In this document: positions 46,186 through 55,117 of the stretch, in pieces
Layout: each line of letters opens with the position of its first letter
Position numbering within the stretch: position 1 is the stretch's first letter
From: a virus
Taxonomy: Duplodnaviria > Caudoviricetes
DNA length: 58,349 bases
IMG/VR virus record: IMGVR_UViG_3300020044_008128
Span: 1 to 58,349 of that record
Strand: one strand, 5' to 3'
Notes under the pieces: generated by a model
Told to the model about the DNA's origin: nothing
Database searches by the model: none
Seen by the model: only the letters and a program-made list of their open reading frames with translations
Translations under genes and position numbers: made by a program

Positions 46186-46256
46186 AAAAAGGGAATGGCG
46201 GCAGAAACTTGCACTCTGATGCGGGCTAACGGGAAGACGCCCGCCCCACTCGCCAT
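46186..46256 (-). other. Branched stem-loop with tRNA T-arm-like hairpin, followed by U-tract
   Basis: ATGGCG/CGCCAT closing stem, GCGGGC/GCCCGC stem, CAGAG-TGCAAGT-TTCTG hairpin, then CCCTTTTT. Confidence 0.5.
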
Positions 46257-46262
46257 ATTTTG

Positions 46263-46478
46263 TTAACCTTTGAAGGAGTTGTTGGCGATACCATCATCAG
46301 CGAGATCGCCAATGCGGTTCGCGGTGTCTTTGAGCAGGGAGAAGCCTTGGAACCCTAAAGTAGCGAAGAGCGCATACTGAGGAGGCAGCATACCAAGGAT
46401 GGGTAGAGAGGCCACACCTGTTCCAAGTGCGGCAACTTTGCCTACCCAAGAGAGTCCGAGGAAGAGTTTCTTTTTCAT
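46263..46478 (-). CDS. Putative holin
   Basis: 71 aa, two hydrophobic segments, charged C-terminus, near endolysin. Confidence 0.5.
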   Translation of the reverse strand: MKKKLFLGLSWVGKVAALGTGVASLPILGMLPPQYALFATLGFQGFSLLKDTANRIGDLADDGIANNSFKG

Positions 46479-46481
46479 GGT

Positions 46482-46790
46482 TTACTGGGTTCGTTGTTCC
46501 GTATCTGTTGATTCAACCGTGTTAGCGGCAGTATTTGAAACATCCGGATTCAAACTGACAATACCTATCTTACCTTTGATCCTTTCAATCTGCAAGGCCG
46601 TAGTTGATAATTGAGATTCGTGCTGGTCCAATCGGTGCGCTTGATCTTCAAAGCGTTTCTCATGTGCCTGTAGCATAGTCATAATGGAACCCTTGATCTC
46701 ACCGAGACTGATGACATTGGAGCCAATGGTGCCAAGACCGGTGATGACACCGATGACAGTCAATACCCATTTGAGAGCTTTGTCAGACAT
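46482..46790 (-). CDS. Membrane-anchored coiled-coil protein (holin/antiholin-like)
   Basis: N-terminal TM helix followed by heptad repeats. Confidence 0.5.
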   Translation of the reverse strand: MSDKALKWVLTVIGVITGLGTIGSNVISLGEIKGSIMTMLQAHEKRFEDQAHRLDQHESQLSTTALQIERIKGKIGIVSLNPDVSNTAANTVESTDTEQRTQ

Positions 46791-46802
46791 AGAGCGGTCG
46801 AA

Positions 46803-47090
46803 TTAGAGGCCAAGGAGAGGAGCAAGGCGGGCGAGGGAATCTAAGATGATTTGGACTTCGGCAGCGATGGCTGGCGAAGTCGCGGCGGTTTCGAAGACGT
46901 CGGCGTAGCCTTTATTGATCGCGACACCGATTGGGATTGTGGCGGAACCGTCGCGGATGAAGCGTTGACCGATGACGTTGGCCGTGGTTTTGTTTCCATT
47001 CGGGCCAAGCTGAGTGTTTAGGATCAGGTTGACAGTGGTTTCAACGGCAGTGACGCCGCCGACTGTGAGAGGTTGTGATGTGAGGATCAT
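46803..47090 (-). CDS. Hypothetical virion-associated protein
   Basis: ORF in late operon. Confidence 0.55.
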   Translation of the reverse strand: MILTSQPLTVGGVTAVETTVNLILNTQLGPNGNKTTANVIGQRFIRDGSATIPIGVAINKGYADVFETAATSPAIAAEVQIILDSLARLAPLLGL

Positions 47091-47102
47091 AGGATTTGGA
47101 AG

Positions 47103-48101
47103 TTACCACCAAGTGAGTGTGCCACCGGATGGAAGTGTTACGTTGGTGCCTGCGGTTTGAGATGATAGATCGGTGGCGGCGAATGCGGTGATGTTGCCTG
47201 AACCACCTGTGACGGTGCCAATGCGGAGAGTGCCGTTCTGGTTGGTGATCTTTCCGCCGTAGAGGTTATCGCGGACGGTTCCAGTTGCGCTGTTAGTTGT
47301 GACAACACCTGTCGCGCCGTTGGTTGTGACGGTGAGGTTATTGGTCGTAATCGTCAGGAGATTGATTGCGACGACTCCATTGTTGGTTGTGACGAGTCCT
47401 GCGTTAGTGGTGACTGTTCCAGCGGCGGCGTTGGTTACAACTGTTCCCGTGGCATTGTTGTATGTAACCGTAAGGTTATTGGTTGTGACTGTAAGATTGT
47501 TTGTCGAAACAGTGCCGTTATTGATTGTAACAGTTCCTTGGTTTACCCCAACTATTCCAGCATTAGTTGTAACCACTCCATCGGCAGTGTTGTCGTTTAC
47601 GGCAGAGTTATTAGTGACTACTGTTCCATTATTCGTAGTAACTAAACTATTATTAGTGGTAATGACTCCACCCGCTCCGTTGTCTGTAACGTTTGAGTTG
47701 TTAGTAGTGACGACACCGTTGTTAGTAGTGATATCCCCACTATTAGTAGTGACAGTACCGTTGTTAGTAGTGATGTCTCCACTATTAGTAGTGACAAGAT
47801 TGGCATTAGTAACGACGGTGCCGCCACTGTCATTTGAACCGATAGTACCATCATTCAACGTGACTGCTTTTCCCGATACGTTAGCTGTAAGCGCCCCACC
47901 TGAAGACACAGTTAGCGTACTATAATCGAAACTTGAAGTAGAGCATGTCTTGCCATTATCAATATAACAGTCGTCCGAGCTAGTTGGCGTGGCATAATAG
48001 CAAGTTCCACCACCAGCCGAACCACCCGGCAAATCCCACCAGTTGCTGCTGGTTGCTGGATTGGAATCCATCAGCGTATCGTCAAAATAAAAGTTAGCCA
48101 T
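47103..48101 (-). CDS. Thr/Asn-rich beta-solenoid repeat protein (fibre/adhesin-like)
   Basis: More than 20 copies of a 7/10-residue VTTNNG-type unit. Confidence 0.7.
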   Translation of the reverse strand: MANFYFDDTLMDSNPATSSNWWDLPGGSAGGGTCYYATPTSSDDCYIDNGKTCSTSSFDYSTLTVSSGGALTANVSGKAVTLNDGTIGSNDSGGTVVTNANLVTTNSGDITTNNGTVTTNSGDITTNNGVVTTNNSNVTDNGAGGVITTNNSLVTTNNGTVVTNNSAVNDNTADGVVTTNAGIVGVNQGTVTINNGTVSTNNLTVTTNNLTVTYNNATGTVVTNAAAGTVTTNAGLVTTNNGVVAINLLTITTNNLTVTTNGATGVVTTNSATGTVRDNLYGGKITNQNGTLRIGTVTGGSGNITAFAATDLSSQTAGTNVTLPSGGTLTWW

Positions 48102-48104
48102 AAA

Positions 48105-48713
48105 TTATGCAAACTCCAGGTTAGATGTTAGCAACCATGCGCTTCCGGTGTAATAAACCTTCAATCGGCGAACACTGCCTGAAGCAACACTACCGGAGAA
48201 AGTGTATCCAGTGGGAACAGTGATCGATCCCAAGGTGATCGTGCGTGCGCTCCCCCCAGCGGCAGTCAAGGCGAGCGACAACTCCATTCCGGCGACAGGA
48301 TTTAATGGTGCTGCAACCGTGATGTTGCCTGTCATGTTGACCTTTTGCCGAAGACCGTTCGCTGTATCGACTGTGAGTGTGCCTGTTCCAATGTCAGTGT
48401 TGGAGTAAACGGTGCTCGCGTAGATCGTATCAAAGTAGGTCTTGAGCGTAGCTTTGATGTTTGCCCAAGTCACCTTTTTCAAGACGTTGGATGCAGCAGA
48501 ATCAATCAGCGGCAGCGTATCATTATTGACTGGCGTTGTTTTTGCCGTTGCTCCGTGGATGCTTGACCCCACGTTTACGGCATCGGTTACATCTGCATTG
48601 GCTTCAATTCCGGCAAGCTTGGTGGTATTAGTATCAACCTGTGTGAAGCTGGCGTTGATATTCGTCCGGCAGTCTGAGCCGGACATCCCGTTAGTGATTT
48701 GAGTAAGAGCCAT
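48105..48713 (-). CDS. Head/tail fibre-like structural protein
   Basis: KLAGIEANADVTDA and KTTPVNNDTLPLIDSAASNVLKKVTWANIKATLKTYFD fibre-type motifs. Confidence 0.65.
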   Translation of the reverse strand: MALTQITNGMSGSDCRTNINASFTQVDTNTTKLAGIEANADVTDAVNVGSSIHGATAKTTPVNNDTLPLIDSAASNVLKKVTWANIKATLKTYFDTIYASTVYSNTDIGTGTLTVDTANGLRQKVNMTGNITVAAPLNPVAGMELSLALTAAGGSARTITLGSITVPTGYTFSGSVASGSVRRLKVYYTGSAWLLTSNLEFA

Positions 48714-48721
48714 AAAAGTAT

Positions 48722-48868
48722 TTAATCAATCCAAACTGCGGTATCTTCCCATACACCTGCATCACTCCATAGTCCAGTTAATAGAATCCAATTACTGACT
48801 GGGGGCGGCAAAGCTTCTCCGCCCATTGCAGCGGGATTTCCAAAATAAAATGGACGGAGAATAAGCAT
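48722..48868 (-). CDS. Small Trp-rich protein, 48 aa (not in ORF track)
   Basis: MLILRPFYFGNPAAMGGEALPPPVSNWILLTGLWSDAGVWEDTAVWID fills the gap. Confidence 0.6.
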   Translation of the reverse strand: MLILRPFYFGNPAAMGGEALPPPVSNWILLTGLWSDAGVWEDTAVWID

Positions 48869-48870
48869 AG

Positions 48871-49263
48871 TTAGGTGAAATTGCCCACTGCGATTACGGA
48901 CACATTAGCTCCGGTAGTTACTTTCCAAGCCCCACTTACAGAACGTGCTCCAAGGGGAACAAAGAAAGGCACTAGATTAGAAACACTAGAAGCCCCTCCA
49001 GCAAATATAGGCATAGAGGTGGTGTTGTCGAGAAGGGAGACGGCACCGGGCGCAGACGTGGCGGGAACAATTAAAAACCCTGCCAAGTAATCTCCAAGAG
49101 CACCTGTAGCTCCTAGAATTTGTGCGGTTTGACTTGCAGCAACCCGCTCATAGTTAGTGGCATTCTGTAACCCAGAAGCGGAAGCGGCTTCAGCCGCCGT
49201 GTCAAAGCCGGGAATATACTTGAGATGCTCATACGCATCGCGAATTGGGATGGAGTCAGACAT
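48871..49263 (-). CDS. Putative capsid decoration / minor structural protein
   Basis: YE.VAASQTAQILGATGA.GDYL...GAWKVTTGANVSVIAVGNFT; directly after capsid gene. Confidence 0.6.
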   Translation of the reverse strand: MSDSIPIRDAYEHLKYIPGFDTAAEAASASGLQNATNYERVAASQTAQILGATGALGDYLAGFLIVPATSAPGAVSLLDNTTSMPIFAGGASSVSNLVPFFVPLGARSVSGAWKVTTGANVSVIAVGNFT

Positions 49264-49276
49264 GGAAAAATAGGTT

Positions 49277-49322
49277 CAAAATAAAAGGGGGTGGGAATCT
49301 ATTGCTAGACATCCCACCCCCT
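49277..49322 (-). terminator. Rho-independent terminator after major capsid gene
   Basis: AGGGGGTGGGA/TCCCACCCCCT 11-bp stem followed on - strand by TTTATTTT. Confidence 0.8.
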
Positions 49323-49351
49323 ATTTGAGGTTTCAGGGGCAGACCGACCTA

Positions 49352-50521
49352 CTATGAGGTTGGGCAAGCGGTGGTGCCAAGGCTGCCGGGGCAGCGGAGG
49401 ACTCGGATAGCATATCCATACTCCGGAGTTTCGGAGAGGTAGGCAGCGCGGAGGCGAGCCGACCAGTAACCGTTGTCCTTGTACTTGTTGCACTCCTTGT
49501 CATACTCGTTCACCCAGCTCACTTCGCCGGAATAGTTCCAAGGCTTGAAGTCGGTTCCGGCACCAAGGCTGGAGAGAGGCTTCTGCATCAGGCACTTCAC
49601 CACCTTTGGATGGTAGAGGATGATGTCTTCAGCAACCGCAGCCTCATAGGCTGGATTGACCACGGCGATACCCGCTTCGTTTTCGATATAGAAGGGAACC
49701 GACACCCAGCCGCCTTCGCCCAAATCCCAGCGAGGAGCTTTGTCGTCAATGAGGTGATAAAGACCACCATAGACGCGCTTCACGCCGAAAGGCTTGAGGA
49801 GTTCTTTTGGATCAGCATAGCGGTAATCCTGACGGATGTCCGCATTGCCTTTGATGAGGGCGCGCTGCTGCTCGCTGGACATCAGGACAGTGAAGACAGG
49901 AGTGCCATCGACCTGACCGTAAGCACCTTCTTCGCCACCACCGTCGTGGATCAGCTTCCAGCGGATGCTGTCGAGGGCATCCTGATGAATCTGACTATCC
50001 GGAGCGGTTTCAGCGAAGTCCCCGCCAGAGCCAGCAACGAGAGCACCTCCGGTAAAGACGTACTTGTTGGCATCAGGGATAGCGGCGACATATTCGGAAC
50101 GATTGCGGTCTTCCCAGATATCGATGACGTTCTTCTCGAAATTGCGCTTCACTTCCGACACCTGCTGGCGGAACTTGTAACGCATACGAGCGTCCGAGAT
50201 ACAAATTGGATCGGAATCCAAAACGTATTCCGAAATTTGGGCCGTCTCCGTGGTGTTGCGGGAACTGAGCATCGCAGCGGTTGGGCGGCAACCCGTGTTG
50301 GGCGAGGAAAGACTGATTGGGTTCCAGCCAGCACCTTCTCCCACAGTAGGAATCGTGCGCTGTTGGATGACTCGGGTGATGGTTTCGCCCATTTCATCGG
50401 GGAAGAAATCTTTGGGGAGCAGGGCAACCCAAGGAGAAGAGATTCGACCACGGCGAGCGATGTCGCCGGAAATACGGCCAGATTCGCTAGCAAGGTAGGT
50501 GTTGATGGTATCGCAAGACAT
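49352..50521 (-). CDS. Major capsid protein
   Basis: 389 aa, downstream of portal and scaffold, biased codons, own promoter and terminator. Confidence 0.75.
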   Translation of the reverse strand: MSCDTINTYLASESGRISGDIARRGRISSPWVALLPKDFFPDEMGETITRVIQQRTIPTVGEGAGWNPISLSSPNTGCRPTAAMLSSRNTTETAQISEYVLDSDPICISDARMRYKFRQQVSEVKRNFEKNVIDIWEDRNRSEYVAAIPDANKYVFTGGALVAGSGGDFAETAPDSQIHQDALDSIRWKLIHDGGGEEGAYGQVDGTPVFTVLMSSEQQRALIKGNADIRQDYRYADPKELLKPFGVKRVYGGLYHLIDDKAPRWDLGEGGWVSVPFYIENEAGIAVVNPAYEAAVAEDIILYHPKVVKCLMQKPLSSLGAGTDFKPWNYSGEVSWVNEYDKECNKYKDNGYWSARLRAAYLSETPEYGYAIRVLRCPGSLGTTACPTS

Positions 50522-50672
50522 AATAGTGGGGGTGGGGTAGAGGGGTCGGTTGAGGCTTTATTTGGTTCCATGTGGAACTTTTAGCCGTTCGGTTGATGCC
50601 ATCTGGAGCCTGATAGCGAAGAAACTCCGTTGTTGTTTGCCTGATCAAAGGGGATTCAGGCTACCCGCAAAG

Positions 50673-50701
50673 AGTTTGCACTAATTCCTGTCAAAGGTCA
50701 A
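50673..50701 (-). promoter_or_regulatory. Putative capsid promoter (TTGACC-N17-CAAACT)
   Basis: In 190-nt gap upstream of capsid. Confidence 0.4.
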
Positions 50702-50711
50702 GAAGGAATTT

Positions 50712-51218
50712 TTATCGACGGAACACCACAGAATATCTTGTAGCCGGAACCGGATCGATTGAGTGAAGCCACTTGGTGCGAATCTCGCCAGTCATTATGA
50801 CCAAACTCCGTGGAGGAAGCTCTACCAGATGCAGCTTATTGCCTCCCGTGAACCGCATCGTGGCGGTCGAAAGCAAACTAAGCACGGTGATCACAGGGCC
50901 ACAGGAAAGCTGGTCAATATGCGGCTCAATTACCTGTCCTTGATGATACTCGTTGACCGTAAAACACTGCGGAGCCGCAGGAAAGTCCAACTTTTCTACC
51001 AATCTCTGCGCCAAATCCCCCAAAATAGAGGGAGCAACCTTAGCAATGTATCCATCCGTGTAAACTCGACGTTCTCCATACCGCCAAATGCGATTCCTAG
51101 TCCGTTTTTTCGGACTCTTAGCCTCTTTGGGCAGTTCTGCCAAGAGCTTTGCCTCCTCATCTGGGGTGATGAAGTTTTCCACCAAGATCAACCCCAGACG
51201 AGTAAGCTCTTCGTCCAT
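50712..51218 (-). CDS. AlkB-family 2OG-Fe(II) dioxygenase
   Basis: NFITPDEE, VNEY..G..IEPHID (HxD), LPPRSLVIM.GE.R..WLHSI, RYSVVFR. Confidence 0.9.
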   Translation of the reverse strand: MDEELTRLGLILVENFITPDEEAKLLAELPKEAKSPKKRTRNRIWRYGERRVYTDGYIAKVAPSILGDLAQRLVEKLDFPAAPQCFTVNEYHQGQVIEPHIDQLSCGPVITVLSLLSTATMRFTGGNKLHLVELPPRSLVIMTGEIRTKWLHSIDPVPATRYSVVFRR

Positions 51219-51221
51219 AAT

Positions 51222-52343
51222 TTACAAAACTGCGTCCAATCCGGCCATGAAATCATCAGCCACATTGCCCTTGGTTACGGGAATACTGCCTGAACGAGCC
51301 TGCGGAGCCGCAGAACTGCGCTTGGCCAGAGAAGCTTTGAGAGTAGCGATCTCTTGGAGAGCACTGTTATACTTTTCCATGACTTTTGGGAGCACAACGC
51401 CAGCGTAACTTGCATATTTTTGGATTTCCGGAGTCGCAGAAACGATGTCTGCCTCGCGTGCATCCTTGTCCAACTGCGGATCGTCCTTGAGGAAGGGTAG
51501 TTTCTTGGAAAAGCTCTCCCAAACCATGTCTGCCGCAGCATTGGCAGCTTCCTGCTGCTTTGCCGTCATCTTTGCCTGCTCTGCTTGACGCTGAGATTCC
51601 ACGTATTTCAGGGATTCCACAGCGTTTTGCTTCACACTTTGCGAACGCTGGAAGAGACTCTGGGCTTCATCGACTACCTTCTTGAACTCATACTTGTCGA
51701 AGTCGTTCATCCCACCAACCATATCGGCAAGAGCTTGATTTCGCTCCAAGATGTTCGGGTTCATTGCAGCCTGTGCGATCTCAGGGATGCTGAGTTCGTA
51801 CTTCGTGGCGAACGCTTGGATCATGTTCTCCGCATTAGCCAGCGGAACCGCAATATTTTCCTGATACTCGCGTGTCTTTTCCACGTTCACCAACGCCATG
51901 TTGCGGTCATACTCCGCCAACTGGGCGCGAGCGGCTTCCAATTCCTGCTTGGCGGTAGCGAGTTCCTCAGGAGTCTGTGGAGTCGTTGGGGCTTTCTTGA
52001 GTTCTTCGATCTCTTTGCGAAGGTTGTCGCGCTCTTTCTCAATCTCACGCTTCGCTGACTTGAGCGTCTTCCAACCTTCTTGGTTTTTAGCACTCATTCC
52101 TTTCGGAGCATCTTCCAAATCGGCATCAACCGCAGGCTTTTCTTCCTCCGCTGCTGGAGTTTCCTCAGAGGCAGCAGAAGTTTCCTCGGAAGATTCCGAC
52201 TCGTCCACCGAGTCCGAAGTTCCAAAAAGTCCATCAAGAAATCCGGAAGAAGAATCCTCAGGTGAGTCTTGGGATGGAGACGATTCGACTTCTGTTTCAG
52301 GTGCGTCGATAGTTGCGACGGCTTCAAATTCTTGATCTTGCAT
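51222..52343 (-). CDS. Capsid scaffolding protein
   Basis: Acidic disordered N-terminus, long coiled coil, between portal and capsid. Confidence 0.7.
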   Translation of the reverse strand: MQDQEFEAVATIDAPETEVESSPSQDSPEDSSSGFLDGLFGTSDSVDESESSEETSAASEETPAAEEEKPAVDADLEDAPKGMSAKNQEGWKTLKSAKREIEKERDNLRKEIEELKKAPTTPQTPEELATAKQELEAARAQLAEYDRNMALVNVEKTREYQENIAVPLANAENMIQAFATKYELSIPEIAQAAMNPNILERNQALADMVGGMNDFDKYEFKKVVDEAQSLFQRSQSVKQNAVESLKYVESQRQAEQAKMTAKQQEAANAAADMVWESFSKKLPFLKDDPQLDKDAREADIVSATPEIQKYASYAGVVLPKVMEKYNSALQEIATLKASLAKRSSAAPQARSGSIPVTKGNVADDFMAGLDAVL

Positions 52344-52345
52344 GA

Positions 52346-52633
52346 TTAGCTTTCAGTTTGTGGGTTGAGATGACTCCATTCAGTTGGCAGAGCGGAGAGT
52401 GGTTTGACGTTTCTTGGCGCAGACAGGGCAACCAAATCATCAATTGCTTTCTGGTATCCGACCAGTTGAGCATGAGCCAAGGCAATTGCCACTGGCTCGC
52501 TTGACTTGAGCATCTTCGGTTTTGCCTGTGCTTGCAGAATCCCGATTGCGTCCCCCAAACAGGTGGAAGTGATCAGACGATCCAACTCCTGCTGCGGTAG
52601 CGGAGTCACGTACCATTTTTGAGTTGGGGTCAT
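52346..52633 (-). CDS. Hypothetical protein (portal-adjacent)
   Basis: ATGA coupling; helical. Confidence 0.6.
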   Translation of the reverse strand: MTPTQKWYVTPLPQQELDRLITSTCLGDAIGILQAQAKPKMLKSSEPVAIALAHAQLVGYQKAIDDLVALSAPRNVKPLSALPTEWSHLNPQTES

Positions 52634-52845
52634 GCTTTGAATTGAACGATTGCGCGGATCAACTTGGCAACGGCTGCCATCCCACGGGAGAGCTTTTCAT
52701 ACTCACAAAAAGTCTCACGAGCTTCCCCGTTTCCGAGGTGTTGCATTACCCGAATGATCTTGCCTTTCGGTTTGATTTTCAGGGTGATGTAAAACACATC
52801 CTCCTCCGGCATCGCCTTCATTGGTTTTGGTTCTTCGGGTATCAT
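52630..52845 (-). CDS. Hypothetical protein
   Basis: ATGA overlaps at both ends. Confidence 0.5.
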   Translation of the reverse strand: MIPEEPKPMKAMPEEDVFYITLKIKPKGKIIRVMQHLGNGEARETFCEYEKLSRGMAAVAKLIRAIVQFKA

Positions 52846-55106
52846 GGAGTTCTGTTCGTCCGCAGTATCTTGGCAGCGGCTTCAGCGTCTGCGATTGCCA
52901 TCGACTGCTTGGCTTGGTCATCACGGATTCGCATTTCCTGCGCGTGTTTCTCTTCCGCCATACGGAGCTTGGTGGTCATCTCAACCAACTGTCGCTGCAT
53001 GGTGTCGGGAGAATCCGATGGGTTGGCCTGACCTTCAGGAGCTTGGGTCTGTGCCTGCTCCTGCTGGTCGCGCTGAAGTTTCTCCAAGCGTTTGGTGCCG
53101 TTCCAAATGATCTCATCGATCTGCTGCATCCGCTGTTTGATCTGCGGATAGTTGGGGTCAGCAGTCATCTGTTCAGCGTGCGCCGAGGAGTGCTGATGGA
53201 GAGTCGTGAGACTTGGCATCGCCTGCTCAATCGGCATCTGACCTTCGTCGATGGCTTTAATGATTTCTTCTTCCACCTGAAGATGGATCGGAAGATGGAC
53301 AGAATGAAGTTCGGTTGGCAGAACTTCCACAGGTTCACCTTGTTTAAGCTGGTTGTTCTCCAACATCGCAGTCTTGGCTTCCATCGGAGGACGCTGCTGC
53401 TCAGGTGCTGGGGCATACCGATCAGCGGCTTCCACGCCACCAATGGTTCTGGTCAAGTCGCGAATCGCCATCTGACGACCCTGCGCATCAAAGTTGGCAG
53501 AGAGGTTATAGACCTGCTGCATGATAGCCGAGCGTGCAGCACTTGAGCCATTACCAATAGCCCGAACCACCTTGGCCCGCTTGATGTCAAGTGTATAGAG
53601 AGCTTCTTCAGGAACTCCTCGATCCAAGCAACGATTGCGGAACTCGATGACATACCTGCCACCTGCATCTTGCTCAAAGTAATCCTGACGGGAAATGCGT
53701 CGAAGCATCTCCTTGAGCAAGCGTTCCCAAGGCTGATAGAACAAGGTCAGCGCAGCAATGTTGATGTTGGACAGGGATTCAACCTGTGCCTGCACTTCAT
53801 ACCGAGTGCGCTCCTTAGCGGCATTGAAGATTGCCTCCGTCGAGTATGTGCCGCCCTGCTGCTGAAGCAAGGTGTTGAGTTCGTTGAGGCCGGGTATCAA
53901 CGACGTGCCGTAATTCGGAGCATTCGTATCCACCATCTTCACATTCGGCGGCTTGATCATAAACGGCCCGATGTGAATCAAGCTCAAGTCTTGGAGAGCA
54001 TCCTCACTGTCAGGCTCGATCATCATCATGGAGCTGGCCAAAAGTCCATCGAAGAAACGATTACGCAAACGGTTGAGTGCCTGCACAATGGAAAAGATTT
54101 TGCTGCCAAGCCCTCGGATACTGTGGAAGTAGCCGTTGGTCCCAATGCCATAGAAGAAACTGGTGAAGGCTTCCGCCGTGGACTGATACTTGCTGCGAGC
54201 TTCAAAGATAAACTCTTTGCCCTCCCCAGAGTCACCAATCTTCTCGGTGAAGATATATTGGCTTACGGTGCCATCAAGTTCGCGAACCCACATATAGACC
54301 AGCTTGACCTCCGCAGCAGAGGTGCTGTTGGAGTAGCCAATGTCGTTGTTCTTGAACTCGCGCTGAATCGATTCCCAGTTGTTGATTGCGTTGTCGTGGA
54401 CATTCTTCTGAGCTGCACCAAGAATGGCTTTCTTGGTGGCTGGGACGTTCCACCCAAGTTCCGCAGCCAACTGCTCATCCTCAATCTTGGCAAAAAGCTC
54501 ATGGGGAGGGACACCACGCACAATGGCGCAGATTTCGATCTCTTCATCCGAAGCCCTTGTCTGTCGGGGAATGAGGAAGTCACCAAGAGGTGCCACCTGT
54601 GGTCGCCAGTCAATGTCATCGTCATGGAAGGCAACGACAACACCGTGCGCCAAGAACTGCTGAATCAAGTAGAGATAGCGGGGGAAGAACTCCGGCCAGT
54701 TGCGAAGCATTCGGGTGAACTCTTCAGCAATCACGGTTTCCCACTCCGCCCGCATCTGAACGTCACCAAACTGAACTGGGGTCGTGATAAAGATGTCAAC
54801 GGATTCCAAAAGGTCGATGTAAGGACTGGTTGCTACCGAGAGCAACTGCTCGCCCTGCCCCCAGTTGACGTTGCATAGTTCTCCAAGTCCCTGACGTTCC
54901 AAGTCCTGCTGGTCGTAAGGAGGCTCCCCGTCCAGCATTGCTTGGATCATCGTCCGAGTCCTTGCTGAACCCTCATCAGCTTTACGCATCCGTTCATACG
55001 CTACTCGTCCTGCTGCTGCATCCTTGAGGCGAGTGCGTAGGAGTTTACCATCCTCTTGAACAGGGATGATTGGATCGGTGCCGATGGCGGGAGTTGGAAT
55101 TTCCAT
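52842..55106 (-). CDS. Portal protein (P22/podovirus-type with C-terminal barrel)
   Basis: 754 aa after terminase; RT..EVQAQ motif; Gln-rich coiled-coil tail. Confidence 0.8.
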   Translation of the reverse strand: MEIPTPAIGTDPIIPVQEDGKLLRTRLKDAAAGRVAYERMRKADEGSARTRTMIQAMLDGEPPYDQQDLERQGLGELCNVNWGQGEQLLSVATSPYIDLLESVDIFITTPVQFGDVQMRAEWETVIAEEFTRMLRNWPEFFPRYLYLIQQFLAHGVVVAFHDDDIDWRPQVAPLGDFLIPRQTRASDEEIEICAIVRGVPPHELFAKIEDEQLAAELGWNVPATKKAILGAAQKNVHDNAINNWESIQREFKNNDIGYSNSTSAAEVKLVYMWVRELDGTVSQYIFTEKIGDSGEGKEFIFEARSKYQSTAEAFTSFFYGIGTNGYFHSIRGLGSKIFSIVQALNRLRNRFFDGLLASSMMMIEPDSEDALQDLSLIHIGPFMIKPPNVKMVDTNAPNYGTSLIPGLNELNTLLQQQGGTYSTEAIFNAAKERTRYEVQAQVESLSNINIAALTLFYQPWERLLKEMLRRISRQDYFEQDAGGRYVIEFRNRCLDRGVPEEALYTLDIKRAKVVRAIGNGSSAARSAIMQQVYNLSANFDAQGRQMAIRDLTRTIGGVEAADRYAPAPEQQRPPMEAKTAMLENNQLKQGEPVEVLPTELHSVHLPIHLQVEEEIIKAIDEGQMPIEQAMPSLTTLHQHSSAHAEQMTADPNYPQIKQRMQQIDEIIWNGTKRLEKLQRDQQEQAQTQAPEGQANPSDSPDTMQRQLVEMTTKLRMAEEKHAQEMRIRDDQAKQSMAIADAEAAAKILRTNRTP

Positions 55107-55117
55107 AGAGTGGGAAG

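Noticed and set aside
47299-47925. Val/Thr/Leu-rich 208-aa + strand ORF
   Set aside because: Antisense mirror of the TTNN repeat gene
49610-50584. Long antisense ORFs (also 53670..54878, 10033..11019, 24770..25765, 27623..28582)
   Set aside because: Opposite well-supported genes; explained by codon bias; no motifs
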